Shown: positions 31,125-40,809 of the stretch, piece after piece | How the letters are laid out: every line of letters begins with the position of its first letter | Position numbering within the stretch: position 1 is the stretch's first letter | Source of the DNA: Candidatus Eiseniibacteriota bacterium | GTDB lineage: Bacteria; Eisenbacteria; RBG-16-71-46 | Assembly (NCBI GenBank): GCA_963707915.1 | Contig: OY970178.1 | Location: 3,232,001-3,296,000 of the forward strand | Length of the DNA stretch: 64,000 nucleotides | Direction: 5' to 3' | The notes under the pieces: generated by a model | Databases searched by the model: none | Seen by the model: only the letters and a program-made list of their open reading frames with translations | What the model was told of the DNA's origin: nothing | Position numbers and translations under genes: made by a program

Positions 31125-31493
31125 ATGAGAACCCTGCGGAGTCGTGCGCCGGCGTCGTTGCTGCTGGCCGTGCTGTGCGCGGCCGGGTGCGGGCGGCGCG
31201 ATGCCGTGCCCGACCCGGCTTCGCCGGGTGCCCGGGCCGCACTGCAGGCGCGCTCGCAGGCATTGATCGAGGCGGGGAATGCCTTCTACCGCGCCGGCGA
31301 TCCCGCCACCGCGGCCAAGCGATACGCCGCCGCGGGGGTGGTGAAGCCCGACGACCCGGCGGCCTACTTCGGCCTGGGCATGGCGCTCGCGAAGCTGGGC
31401 CGCGACGAGGAGGCGCGCCAGGCCTACGCCCGGGCGCGCGAGCTCGCGCAGCAGGCGCGCGGCGCGGCCTCCGGAGCCGACACGGCGCGCTGA
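31125..31493 (+). CDS. TPR-containing putative lipoprotein
   Basis: Lipobox AAG-C; TPR-like AGNAFYRAGD and AYFGLGMALAKLGRDEEARQAY. Confidence 0.72.
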   Translation: MRTLRSRAPASLLLAVLCAAGCGRRDAVPDPASPGARAALQARSQALIEAGNAFYRAGDPATAAKRYAAAGVVKPDDPAAYFGLGMALAKLGRDEEARQAYARARELAQQARGAASGADTAR

Positions 31494-31563
31494 CACCCCG
31501 GGTGGCGGCGCGCCGGACCCCGGGGACCCGCTCGTCCTCCCGCGGACCACCAGCGAGGCACGC

Positions 31564-32103
31564 ATGGAACTCGAGAACCTCACGGAGTCGCTCCGCCAGT
31601 CGCTCGCCGGGAATCCCTGGCACGGTCCCTCGATCGCCGCGCTCCTGGCGGACGTGACGCCGGCGGACGCGGCGGCCCACCCGGTCCCCGGGGCCCACTC
31701 CATCCTCGAGCTCGTCCTGCACCTGGCCGCCTGGACCCGCGAGGTCGGCTCGAGACTGCGGGGCACGCCGCCCGCGCTCCCGGCGATGGGGGACTGGCCG
31801 CCCTGCGAGGGCGAGGCGGGGCCGGCGTGGGCCGCGGCGCGGCGGACGCTCGAGGAGGCCCACGCGGACCTGCTCGAACTCGCCGGCCGGCTGTCCGCGG
31901 AGCAGCTCTCCCGGCGCATCGGGGACGCGCGCGATCCCGCGCTGGGCACCGGCATGACCGTCGCGGCGATGCTGGCCGGCATCGCCCAGCACGACGCCTA
32001 CCACGGCGGCCAGATCGCGATCCTCCGGCGCGCGCTGGCCGCGCAAGGCGGGGGCGGCGGCCGCGGCCAGCGGCCGCCGGCGGACACGCGGGGGCGGACA
32101 TGA
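31564..32103 (+). CDS. DinB family protein
   Basis: WHGPS, HSILELVLHLAAW, QHDAYHGGQI His triad. Confidence 0.88.
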   Translation: MELENLTESLRQSLAGNPWHGPSIAALLADVTPADAAAHPVPGAHSILELVLHLAAWTREVGSRLRGTPPALPAMGDWPPCEGEAGPAWAAARRTLEEAHADLLELAGRLSAEQLSRRIGDARDPALGTGMTVAAMLAGIAQHDAYHGGQIAILRRALAAQGGGGGRGQRPPADTRGRT

Positions 32104-32429
32104 AGATGACCGGCATCCCCTTCCAGCTCACCGACTGGTCGTCGGTCGAGCCGACCGAGCATCCCGGGGAGGCGGGCGTCGCGCGGTGGCGCACCCGCGA
32201 GCTCGGCGGCATCCGGGTGCGGATGGTCGAGTACTCGCCCGGCTACCGGGCGGACCACTGGTGCTCGAAGGGGCACGTCCTGCTGTGCCTCGAGGGCGAG
32301 CTGCACACCGAGCTCGCCGACGGCCGGACGGTGGTCCTCCGGCCGGGCATGAGCTACCAGGTCGCGGACGACACCGCCCCGCACCGCTCCTCCACCGAGT
32401 CCGGCGCGAAGCTGTTCATCGTGGACTGA
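32100..32429 (+). CDS. DHCW-motif cupin protein
   Basis: RMVEYSPGYRADHWCSKGH..LEGEL.TEL.DG..GMSYQV..HRS.T..GAKLFIVD. Confidence 0.9.
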   Translation: MKMTGIPFQLTDWSSVEPTEHPGEAGVARWRTRELGGIRVRMVEYSPGYRADHWCSKGHVLLCLEGELHTELADGRTVVLRPGMSYQVADDTAPHRSSTESGAKLFIVD

Positions 32430-32565
32430 ATCGCAGGGGGCCGCGGCGCCCGGGTGCCCGGGCGCCGGCCCCGCCCTCGCAGCCCCTTCCATCGCCCGCG
32501 CGGGCGTTGTAGTCTGGCGCCGCGACCCGCGACCCCAGGCCAGCGCCACCTCCGGACGGGACTCC

Positions 32566-33846
32566 ATGCACGATCTCAAGTTCCTGCGCAACCACCGCGA
32601 ACGCGTCGAAGCCGGCGTGGCACTCAAGGGCATGACCGTCGACCTCGAGCGGTTCTACGAGATCGAGGATCGCCGCCTGGCGCTGCTGCACGAGAGCGAG
32701 CAGCTCAAGGCCCGGCGCAACGGGGTCACCCAGGAGGTCGGTGCGCTGCGGCAGTCCGGCCAGCCGGCCGACGAGTTGATCGCGCAGAGCCGCGACCTGG
32801 GCGAGCGCATCAAGACGCTCGACGCCGAGCTCAAGACGCTCGACGAGGAGAGCGCCGAGCTGGCGGCGTGGATCCCCAACCTGCCGCACGAGAGCACCCC
32901 GCCGGGCAAGGACGCGGCGCAGAACCAGGTCAAGCGGACCTGGGGCGAGCCGCCGTCGTTCGGCTTCGAGCCGCAGCCGCACTGGGAACTGGCCACGCGG
33001 CTCGGGCTGCTCGACTTCGCGCGGGCGCCCAAGATCACCGGCTCCGGGTTCCTGCTCTTCACCGGGCGCGGGGCGCGCCTGGAACGGGCGCTGATCAACT
33101 TCATGCTCGACTTCCACACCCAGCGCCACGGCTACACCGAGGTCTCGGTCCCGCACGTGGTGCGGCGCGCCGCGCTGTTCGGCACCGGCCAGCTGCCCAA
33201 GCTGGAAGGCGACATGTACCACATCGGCGAGGACGACCTGTTCCTCAACCCGACGGCCGAGGTGCCGGTCACCAACATCTACCGCGACGAGATCCTCGAT
33301 CCCGGCACGGTCCCCCTGTACCTCACGGCCTACTGCGCCTCCTACCGGCGCGAGGCCGGCACCTACGGCGCGGACACCAAGGGCATGCTGCGCGTGCACC
33401 AGTTCGACAAGGTGGAGCTCGTCAAGATCGTGCCGCCGCAGACCAGCTACGACGAGCACGAGAAGCTGGCCCGGGACGTGGCCGACATCTTCGAGGCGCT
33501 GGAGCTGCCCTACCGGCAGGTGCTGCTGTGCAGCGGCGACATGTCGTTCGCCGCGGCCAAGTGCTACGACTTCGAGGTCTGGGCGCCGGGGGTCAAGGCC
33601 TGGCTCGAGTGCTCCTCCTGCTCGAACTTCGAGGACTTCCAGGCGCGGCGCATGAACCTGCGCTTCCGGCGCGAGGCGGGGGCGAAGGTCGAGCACCCGC
33701 ACACGCTGAACGCCTCGGGCGTCGCGCTGCCGCGCACCTTCGCGGCGCTGCTCGAGAACCACCAGACCGCGTCGGGGACGGTGAGCATCCCGGCCGCCCT
33801 GCGCCCGTACCTCGGCGGCCTCGAGGAGATCGCGCCCGAGGGATGA
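32566..33846 (+). CDS. serS: Seryl-tRNA synthetase
   Basis: PNLPH, GTGQLPK, PTAEVP, YRREAG, RVHQFDKVEL, SSCSNFEDFQARR, TLNASG. Confidence 0.98.
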   Translation: MHDLKFLRNHRERVEAGVALKGMTVDLERFYEIEDRRLALLHESEQLKARRNGVTQEVGALRQSGQPADELIAQSRDLGERIKTLDAELKTLDEESAELAAWIPNLPHESTPPGKDAAQNQVKRTWGEPPSFGFEPQPHWELATRLGLLDFARAPKITGSGFLLFTGRGARLERALINFMLDFHTQRHGYTEVSVPHVVRRAALFGTGQLPKLEGDMYHIGEDDLFLNPTAEVPVTNIYRDEILDPGTVPLYLTAYCASYRREAGTYGADTKGMLRVHQFDKVELVKIVPPQTSYDEHEKLARDVADIFEALELPYRQVLLCSGDMSFAAAKCYDFEVWAPGVKAWLECSSCSNFEDFQARRMNLRFRREAGAKVEHPHTLNASGVALPRTFAALLENHQTASGTVSIPAALRPYLGGLEEIAPEG

Positions 33847-35147
33847 AGCCGAGCCCGCCCCCGGCACGGCCCCGCTTCCGCCGCACCGCCGCGCAGGTCC
33901 TGCGCACGGTGGTGTTCCTGGGCAGCGTGCTGCTGGTGGTCTCGGTCTTCCTGTTCACCCACCAGGCCATCCGGCGGCTGTCCTCCGAGGTCGAGACCAC
34001 CTCGCGGGTGCTGGCGCGCTTCCTCGCGCTCGCCACGTTCCCGGCCACGCACGACCCGGAGCTGCAGCGCATCACGCGCGAGATCGTGAACAGCCTCGAC
34101 TTCCCGATCATCATCACCGATCCGGAAGGCTACCCGCGCGCCTGGCGCAACACCGCGGTGACGCCGGAGCTGGTGCCCGCCCTCAGCATCGACAGCCTGG
34201 CCGCGGGCCAGGCGCTCTCGCCGGTGATCCGCGCGCGGATCGAGCGTCTCAAGGCGGAGGTCGTGCACCTCGACCAGCAGAACCCGCCGGTGCCGATGAA
34301 ACAACCCGGCACCGACGCCGCGCTGGGCGCGGTGCACTACGGCGAGCCCGCCGTCCTCGACCTGCTGCGCTGGATGCCCTACGTCACCGTGGGCGGCGTG
34401 CTGCTGCTGCTCTCGCTGGGGCTGTGGGCGCTCGCCGGGCTGCGCATGGCGGAGAAGCGCACCATCTGGGTGGGGATGGCGCGCGAGACCGCGCACCAGC
34501 TGGGCACGCCGCTCTCCTCGCTGATGGGCTGGGTCGAGCTGCTGCGCGCGCACGCCGACGTCGCGTCGTCGGGCGGGACGGTGCCGGTGCCGCGGGCCGA
34601 GCTGGAGGAGACGCTCGCCGAGATGGAGCGCGACGTCGAGCGGCTCAACAAGGTGGCGCAGCGCTTCAGCCACGTGGGCTCGGCGCCGCACCTGCAGCTG
34701 CAGGAGGTCGGGCCGGTGGTGCGCGAGGCGGTGCAGTACGTGCGCCGGCGCCTGCCGCACGACGAGAGCCGGGTGCTGCTGCGCGAGCACTACGAGGACG
34801 TGCCGCCCATCAACCTCAACCGCGAGCTGATCGAGTGGGCGCTCGAGAACCTGCTGGTGAACGCGATCTCGGCGCTGGACAAGACGCAGGGCGTGATCGA
34901 GGTCCGCATCGAGCGCCGCCCGGAGACCGAGATGGTCGAGATCCTGGTCCAGGACAACGGCCGCGGCATGACCTCGGCCGAGCAGCGCCAGGCCTTCGAG
35001 CCGGGCTACAGCACCAAGCACCGCGGCTGGGGGCTGGGGCTCGCGCTCGCGCGGCGCGTGGTGCAGGAATACCACGGCGGGCGGCTGTACGTCCGCCACA
35101 GCGGGCCGGGCGAAGGCACCACGATGGTGATGAGCTTCCCGACCTGA
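33843..35147 (+). CDS. Membrane sensor histidine kinase
   Basis: Two TM helices; H-box ETAHQLGTPLSSL, N-box ENLLVNAI, DNGRG, FEPGYSTK, GWGLGL. Translationally coupled to serS. Confidence 0.93.
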   Translation: MKPSPPPARPRFRRTAAQVLRTVVFLGSVLLVVSVFLFTHQAIRRLSSEVETTSRVLARFLALATFPATHDPELQRITREIVNSLDFPIIITDPEGYPRAWRNTAVTPELVPALSIDSLAAGQALSPVIRARIERLKAEVVHLDQQNPPVPMKQPGTDAALGAVHYGEPAVLDLLRWMPYVTVGGVLLLLSLGLWALAGLRMAEKRTIWVGMARETAHQLGTPLSSLMGWVELLRAHADVASSGGTVPVPRAELEETLAEMERDVERLNKVAQRFSHVGSAPHLQLQEVGPVVREAVQYVRRRLPHDESRVLLREHYEDVPPINLNRELIEWALENLLVNAISALDKTQGVIEVRIERRPETEMVEILVQDNGRGMTSAEQRQAFEPGYSTKHRGWGLGLALARRVVQEYHGGRLYVRHSGPGEGTTMVMSFPT

Positions 35148-35169
35148 CCGGGCCGGCGCGCGGGCCCGC

Positions 35170-36219
35170 CTACCGCCCCGCCACCCCGAACGCCATCGGG
35201 CGGTTCGCCGCCACGCCCCAGCCGGTGCGGTCCACCGCGATGAGCCCGACGTCCCAGCGCTCCGGGAACATCGCGACCGCCTCCTGCACCGCCTGCTTCG
35301 CCGGCACGCCGCTCTCCAGCCGCTGGTAGACCGAGTGCGCGAGGAAGCGCTTGATGATCTGCTCGCCCTCGCCGGTGCAGGCGACCGCGCCGGCCGGGCC
35401 GGCGAAGAGCCCGGCACCGTAGACCGGCACGTCGCCCACGCGGCCGCACAGCGTGACCGAGGTGCCGCCGGTGGAGAGCGTGGCGGCGAAGTGCCCGTCG
35501 GCGCCGCGCGTGACCGTGCCGACGGTGTCGCCGTGCCGGCGCCACTGGAGCGCGTCGGCGGGCATCGGCCCGGGGAAGTTCCAGTAGCGCCGCCAGTCGA
35601 AGGTCGTGGTGTCGCGGCGGGCGAACAGCTCGGCCTGGCGCTTCATGCGGGCACGGTACTTGGCCTCGGCCTGCGGGCTCACCGGGACGACGTCGGCGAA
35701 GCCGATCCGGTGGGCGAAACGGGTGGCGCCCTCGCCCACCAGGAACAGGTGCGGCGTCGAGTCCATGACCGCGCGGGCCACCCGCACGGGATTCCTCACG
35801 CGCTCGATCGCGCCGACCGCGGCGAAGCGGCCCTCGTCGGTCATCACCGCGGCGTCCATCTGGATGGTGCGCCCGTCGAGCCGGATGTTCGCGCCGGTGC
35901 CGGCGTTGAAGCGCGGGTCGTCCTCGAGCCACACCGTCCCGGTGAGCGCGGCGTCGAGCGCGGAGCCGCCCGCCTCCAGCACCGCGAGCGCGGTGTCGGC
36001 GGCGGCGCGCACGCCGTCGGCGTACTCGGGCCCGGAGCCGACGCCGCCGTGCGTGACCACCAGCGCCCCGGCGCTCGCGCCGCCGGCCAGCGTGGCCGCG
36101 GGCGCGGGGGCGAGCAGGACGACGGGCACGGGGTCGCGGGGCTGGGCTGCGGCCGGGTGCGCCGCGAGCAGGAGCGCGACGATCAGCAGGCCGGTACCGT
36201 GGGCTCGACAGGTTCTCAT
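35170..36219 (-). CDS. Isoaspartyl peptidase/L-asparaginase (Ntn hydrolase) with signal peptide
   Basis: HGG, LEDDPRFNAGTG, MDAAVM, DTVG nucleophile, STGG, GRVGD, TGEGE. Confidence 0.92.
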   Translation of the reverse strand: MRTCRAHGTGLLIVALLLAAHPAAAQPRDPVPVVLLAPAPAATLAGGASAGALVVTHGGVGSGPEYADGVRAAADTALAVLEAGGSALDAALTGTVWLEDDPRFNAGTGANIRLDGRTIQMDAAVMTDEGRFAAVGAIERVRNPVRVARAVMDSTPHLFLVGEGATRFAHRIGFADVVPVSPQAEAKYRARMKRQAELFARRDTTTFDWRRYWNFPGPMPADALQWRRHGDTVGTVTRGADGHFAATLSTGGTSVTLCGRVGDVPVYGAGLFAGPAGAVACTGEGEQIIKRFLAHSVYQRLESGVPAKQAVQEAVAMFPERWDVGLIAVDRTGWGVAANRPMAFGVAGR

Positions 36220-36371
36220 CGCTTCTCCTTCGCGTGCCGGCTCGGGTCGATGGCGCGGGAGCCGGGATCCGGGGCGGGCGGTGGCGCGGGCGCGCCGGGC
36301 CCGGGTGGACGACGATCCCGGTCACGTTAGGACGTTGTCAGCGCCGCGGTCAACGGCCGCGCCGGTCCGCG

Positions 36372-36400
36372 TTGGCGCCCGGGCGGCCCGGCGCTATGAT
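36372..36400 (+). promoter_or_regulatory. Sigma70-type promoter for the porX-like operon
   Basis: TTGGCG-17 bp-TATGAT; same -35 as the rplS promoter. Confidence 0.55.
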
Positions 36401-36486
36401 GCCTTCGTTCCCCGCACCCGAAGCGCGCCCTGCGGTGTATGAAGAGCAGGGGTGCCCCGCCCCTCCGGCCCGAGACGAGCGACCGC

Positions 36487-38055
36487 ATGGAAGAGCCCCG
36501 CAAGCACATCCTCTGGGCCGACGACGAGATCGACCTGCTGCGGCCCCACGTCAAGTTCCTCGAGCAGAAGGGCTTCGCCGTGACGGCGGTGCCGAGCGGC
36601 GAGGACGCGCTGGCCGAGCTCGAGCGCACGCGCTTCGACCTGGTGCTGCTCGACGAGATGATGCCCGGGCTCGGCGGCCTCGAGACGCTCGGGCAGATCA
36701 AGGCGCGCAGCCTCGACGTGCCGGTGGTGCTCATCACCAAGAGCGAGGAGGAATCGCTCATGAACGAGGCGCTGGGACGGCACATCACCGACTACCTGAT
36801 CAAGCCGGTCAACGCCTCCCAGGTCTTCCTCGCGTGCAAGCGGGTCTTCGACGCCCAGAAGCTGCAGGACTCGCAGCGCGCGCGCGACTACGTCGGCGAG
36901 ATGCAGCGCTGGCAGGGCATCGACCTGCGCGGTCTCGACTGGCCGGGCTGGGTGGACCTCGCCCAGGACGTGGCCCGCTGGGACGTGCGCTTCGACGGGG
37001 TGGCCGACGCCGGGTTGCGGCACGCGCACGCCGACTTCCGGCGCGGCCTCAACATCGATTTCGGGCGCTACATCGAGGAGCACTACCCGCACTGGGTGCA
37101 CGACGCGCCGGACCGCCCGCCGCTCTCGACCGACGTGGTGGCGCGCGCGCTGGTGCCGCACCTGCAGGAGGGGCGCCGCGTCTTCTTCGTCATCATCGAC
37201 TGCATGCGGATGGACCAGTGGTTCTCGCTCGAGCCGCTGCTCGAGGAGCTCTTCACGGTCCAGCGCGACTACTACTGCTCGATCCTGCCGACCGCCACGC
37301 CCTACTCGCGCAACGCCATCTTCTCGGGGCTGCTGCCGGCCCAGCTCAAGAAGCAGCATCCGGACCTGTGGCAGGAAGGCACCGACGACGAGCGCACCAA
37401 GAACCGTTTCGAGCGGCAGCTGCTGGAGGCCCAGCTCGCGCGGCTGATGCCGGGGCAGGAGAGGCCGGTCAAGTACATCAAGATCTACGACCAGAGCGAG
37501 GCGCTGGCCACGCGCCGGCAGATCAACTCGTTCGCCGGGCTGCCGCTGGTGAGCATGGTGTTCAACTTCCTCGACATCCTGGCGCACGGCCGCTCGGAGA
37601 GCGACATCCTGCAGGAGCTGGCCCCCGACGAGGCCGCCTTCCGCTCGGTGACGAAGGCGTGGTTCGTCCACAGCCCGCTCTACGACATCTTCCGCGCGCT
37701 CTCCACCCAGAACGTCACCGTGGTGCTGACCACCGACCACGGCGCGGTGCTCGGCCGGCGCGCGGCGCTGGTCTACGGCAATCGCGACACCTCGACGAAC
37801 CTGCGCTACAAGTTCGGCGTCAACCTGAACTGCGACCCCAAGCAGGCGGTCATCATCCGCCGGCCGATGGAGTACATGCTGCCCGACGACGGCGTGAACA
37901 AGAACTACGTGCTGGCGCGCGAGGACTACTACTTCGTGTACCCGACGCGCTTCCACGAGTTCGAGCGCCAGTACCGCGGGTCGTTCCAGCACGGCGGCAT
38001 CTCGGTCGAGGAGATGATCCTGCCGCTGCTGACCCTGACCCCCCGCGCGTCGTGA
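36487..38055 (+). CDS. PorX-like response regulator (receiver + PglZ/alkaline-phosphatase domain)
   Basis: ILWADDEIDLL, LDEMMPG, ITKSEEE, IIDCMRMDQW, ILPTATPYSRNAIFSG, DILAH, TTDHG, FQHGGISVEEM. Confidence 0.92.
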   Translation: MEEPRKHILWADDEIDLLRPHVKFLEQKGFAVTAVPSGEDALAELERTRFDLVLLDEMMPGLGGLETLGQIKARSLDVPVVLITKSEEESLMNEALGRHITDYLIKPVNASQVFLACKRVFDAQKLQDSQRARDYVGEMQRWQGIDLRGLDWPGWVDLAQDVARWDVRFDGVADAGLRHAHADFRRGLNIDFGRYIEEHYPHWVHDAPDRPPLSTDVVARALVPHLQEGRRVFFVIIDCMRMDQWFSLEPLLEELFTVQRDYYCSILPTATPYSRNAIFSGLLPAQLKKQHPDLWQEGTDDERTKNRFERQLLEAQLARLMPGQERPVKYIKIYDQSEALATRRQINSFAGLPLVSMVFNFLDILAHGRSESDILQELAPDEAAFRSVTKAWFVHSPLYDIFRALSTQNVTVVLTTDHGAVLGRRAALVYGNRDTSTNLRYKFGVNLNCDPKQAVIIRRPMEYMLPDDGVNKNYVLAREDYYFVYPTRFHEFERQYRGSFQHGGISVEEMILPLLTLTPRAS

Positions 38056-38573
38056 CGGGGCCGCCCGATCGCGACCGTCCGGCGGGCGGCGCGGGCCCGG
38101 CCGGGGCCCGGCGCGTCACCGCCGCGGCCGAGGAGACCGAGCGGCTCGGCGAGTGGCTCGCCGCAGGGCTGCTGGAGGGCGACGTGCTGGTGCTCCGCGG
38201 GCCGCTCGGCTCGGGCAAGACCCGCCTGGTGGCCGGCCTGGCCCGCGGGCTCGGCGTCCGCTCCCGGGTGCGCAGCCCGTCCTTCACCCTGCTGAACGAG
38301 TACCGCGGGGTCTTCACGCTCCACCATCTCGACCTCTACCGGCTCGAGGGCTCGGAAGCGGAGGGGCTGGGGCTCGAGGAGCTGGCCGACGAGGGCGCCC
38401 TGGTGGCGGAGTGGGGCGAGAAACTGCCGGCCTGGCTGCGGGCGGAGGCGCTGACGCTGGACTTCGAGGTGCTGTCCGAGGACCGGCGGGCGATCACCGC
38501 GAGCGGGGCGGGCGAGCGCGGCAGCGAGCTGCTGGCGGTGTGGGAGCTGATGCCGTCCGGGGAGGCCCGGTGA
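38052..38573 (+). CDS. tsaE: tRNA threonylcarbamoyladenosine biosynthesis ATPase
   Basis: GPLGSGKT, VRSPSFTLLNEY, HLDLYRL, AEW. Confidence 0.93.
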   Translation: MTGPPDRDRPAGGAGPAGARRVTAAAEETERLGEWLAAGLLEGDVLVLRGPLGSGKTRLVAGLARGLGVRSRVRSPSFTLLNEYRGVFTLHHLDLYRLEGSEAEGLGLEELADEGALVAEWGEKLPAWLRAEALTLDFEVLSEDRRAITASGAGERGSELLAVWELMPSGEAR

Positions 38574-39853
38574 GCGCCGCGGCGCCGGGGTTCGCGGGGC
38601 CCGGGCTGGTGATCGAGTCGGCGACCGCGCATGTCGAGGTGCTGGTGTGCGCGCCGGACGGCGCGGCGCTGGCGCACGAGGCCGAGGACGTGGGCCATGG
38701 CCACACGCGGCGGCTCACGCCGCTGCTGACCCGCGCGCTGGCCCGGGCGGGCGTGGAGCCGCGCGGGCTGGGCTGGGTCGCCGCGGACCTGGGGCCCGGC
38801 TCCTTCACCGGCGTGCGCGTCGGCCTCGCGACCGCGGAGGCCATCGCGCTGGCCGCGAACGCGCCGCTGCTGGGCGCCTCCGGCCTGGCCGCGCTGGCGC
38901 TCTCGTCCGGAGCCGGCCGCGCGCTGGTCGTCCCGCTCGTCCCCGGCGGCCGGCACGACCTCTACGCCGGCTTCTTCCGCGCCGACCTGCGCGGCCGCGT
39001 CAGCCTGCTCGCGGCGCCCTGCGTGGCGACCCTGCCGGCGCTGCTCGCGAGCGTGGCCGAGGCGCGCTCGCTGCTGCCGCGCGGCGCGGGCCTGCGCTTC
39101 GTGGGGCCCGGCGCGGCGCGCGAGCGCGAGTCGCTGGAGCGCTTCGCCCCGGGCAGCACCGCGCCGGAGTGGCGCTTCGCGGGGCTCTCGGCCGCGGACC
39201 TCGCCGCGGCGGTGCGCTCCGGGCTCGGGCCCGCCGCCGGGCTGCCCGCACCGGGGGAGGAGGGGCGGCCGCTCTACGTGCGCTCGGCGCAGGCCGAGGA
39301 ACGCGTGCGCCGGGCGGCGCTCGCCGGCCGCCCCGTGCGCATCCGCGACTTCGCCGAGTCGGACCTGGCGGAGGCGGCCGCGATCGAGCGGCGCATCTTC
39401 AGCGACGCGTGGCCCGAGTCGTTCTTCCGCGAGGAGCTCTCGCAGGCCATGGCCTGGGCGCGCGTCGCCGAGGTCGACGGTGCGATCGTCGGCTACCTGC
39501 TGGCCTGGGTGGGGGCCGGCGCCGGCCACGTCGGCAACCTCGGGGTGATCCCGGAGGCGCGCCGGCGCGGGGTCGCGCGCGCGCTGCTCGAGGACCTGCT
39601 GGAGCACGCCGGCGCGGCCGGCGCGGCGAGCCTCACGCTCGAGGTGCGGGCCTCCAACTTCGCGGCCCAGGCGCTCTACCGGGCCTTCGGATTCCGGCTG
39701 GCGGGTCTGCGCCGCGGGTATTATCGTGACACCGGAGAAGACGCGCTCACGATGGCGTGGACGGCGGCGGACGTCGTCGCGGCCGGCCGCGGCGGGCCCG
39801 CGCCGGACGCGGGCCCGCCGGCCGGCCGGCCCACCACCTCAACCCCCGGGTGA
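38570..39853 (+). CDS. tsaB: TsaB-RimI fusion protein
   Basis: GPGSFTGVRVGLA (TsaB) continues in frame to a GNAT domain with RRRGVARALL, LEVRASN..AQALY..GF...G.RRGYY...GEDA. Confidence 0.88.
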   Translation: MSAAAPGFAGPGLVIESATAHVEVLVCAPDGAALAHEAEDVGHGHTRRLTPLLTRALARAGVEPRGLGWVAADLGPGSFTGVRVGLATAEAIALAANAPLLGASGLAALALSSGAGRALVVPLVPGGRHDLYAGFFRADLRGRVSLLAAPCVATLPALLASVAEARSLLPRGAGLRFVGPGAARERESLERFAPGSTAPEWRFAGLSAADLAAAVRSGLGPAAGLPAPGEEGRPLYVRSAQAEERVRRAALAGRPVRIRDFAESDLAEAAAIERRIFSDAWPESFFREELSQAMAWARVAEVDGAIVGYLLAWVGAGAGHVGNLGVIPEARRRGVARALLEDLLEHAGAAGAASLTLEVRASNFAAQALYRAFGFRLAGLRRGYYRDTGEDALTMAWTAADVVAAGRGGPAPDAGPPAGRPTTSTPG

Positions 39854-39855
39854 CC

Positions 39856-40809
39856 ATGTCCTGGCTCAAGAAGGAACGCACGCGCGTCAAGACGCGGAAG
39901 AAGGAGGATCGCGGCGAGGTCCCCGAAGGCCTGTGGACCAAGTGCGAGGAGTGCGGCGAGGCGCTCTTCCAGACCGTGCTCGAGGAGAACCTCTGGACCT
40001 GCCCGCACTGCGACCACCACTTCCGCGTGCCGGCGAAGGTCTACCTGGGCTTCCTGGTGGACCCGGGCTCGTTCGAGGAACGCTTCGCGAACCTCGTGGC
40101 GGGCGACCCGCTCGGGTTCCGCGACGCCAAGATGGCCTACCCGGACCGCATCCGGCACGCGCAGAAGGAGACCGGCCTGAAGGACGCGGCGCTCTCCGGC
40201 GTGGCGACCGTGGGCGGGAAGCCCGTGAGCCTGACGCTCATGGACTTCTTCTTCATGGGCGGCAGCATGGGCTCGGTGGTGGGGGAGAAGGTGGCGCGCT
40301 CGATCGAGCTGGCGCTGGCCGAACGGCGGGCGCTGATCCTGGTGTCGTCCACCGGCGGGGCGCGCATGCAGGAGGGCATCCTCTCGCTGATGCAGATGGC
40401 CAAGACCTCGGCCCTGCTGGCGCGGCTCCAGGACGCGCACCTGCCCTTCCTCTCGATCCTGACCGACCCCTCCACCGCGGGGGTGCTGGCCTCGTACGCC
40501 TCGCTGGGCGACGTGATCCTCGCCGAGCGCAAGGCGCTGGTGGGCTTCGCCGGCGCGCGGGTCATCCGCCAGACCATCGGCGAGGAGCTTCCCGAGGGCT
40601 TCCAGCGGGCCGAGTTCGTGAGGGAGAAGGGCTTCGTGGACCGGGTGGTCCACCGCAAGCAGATGCGCGAGGAGGTCTCGACGCTGCTCGAGTTCTTCTG
40701 GCGTTCGACCGCCGGCTTCGCGGTGGAGGGGAGTCCCTCGCCGCACCCCGGCGCGCCCCGGCCGGCCGGCACCCCGGCCCGGGCGGAGGAACCGCCACGC
40801 CCGAAGTGA
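39856..40809 (+). CDS. accD: Acetyl-CoA carboxylase carboxyltransferase beta subunit
   Basis: GLWTKCEEC..CPHC zinc finger, FMGGSMGSVVGEK, GGARMQEGILSLMQMAKT, GFAGARVI. Confidence 0.97.
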   Translation: MSWLKKERTRVKTRKKEDRGEVPEGLWTKCEECGEALFQTVLEENLWTCPHCDHHFRVPAKVYLGFLVDPGSFEERFANLVAGDPLGFRDAKMAYPDRIRHAQKETGLKDAALSGVATVGGKPVSLTLMDFFFMGGSMGSVVGEKVARSIELALAERRALILVSSTGGARMQEGILSLMQMAKTSALLARLQDAHLPFLSILTDPSTAGVLASYASLGDVILAERKALVGFAGARVIRQTIGEELPEGFQRAEFVREKGFVDRVVHRKQMREEVSTLLEFFWRSTAGFAVEGSPSPHPGAPRPAGTPARAEEPPRPK

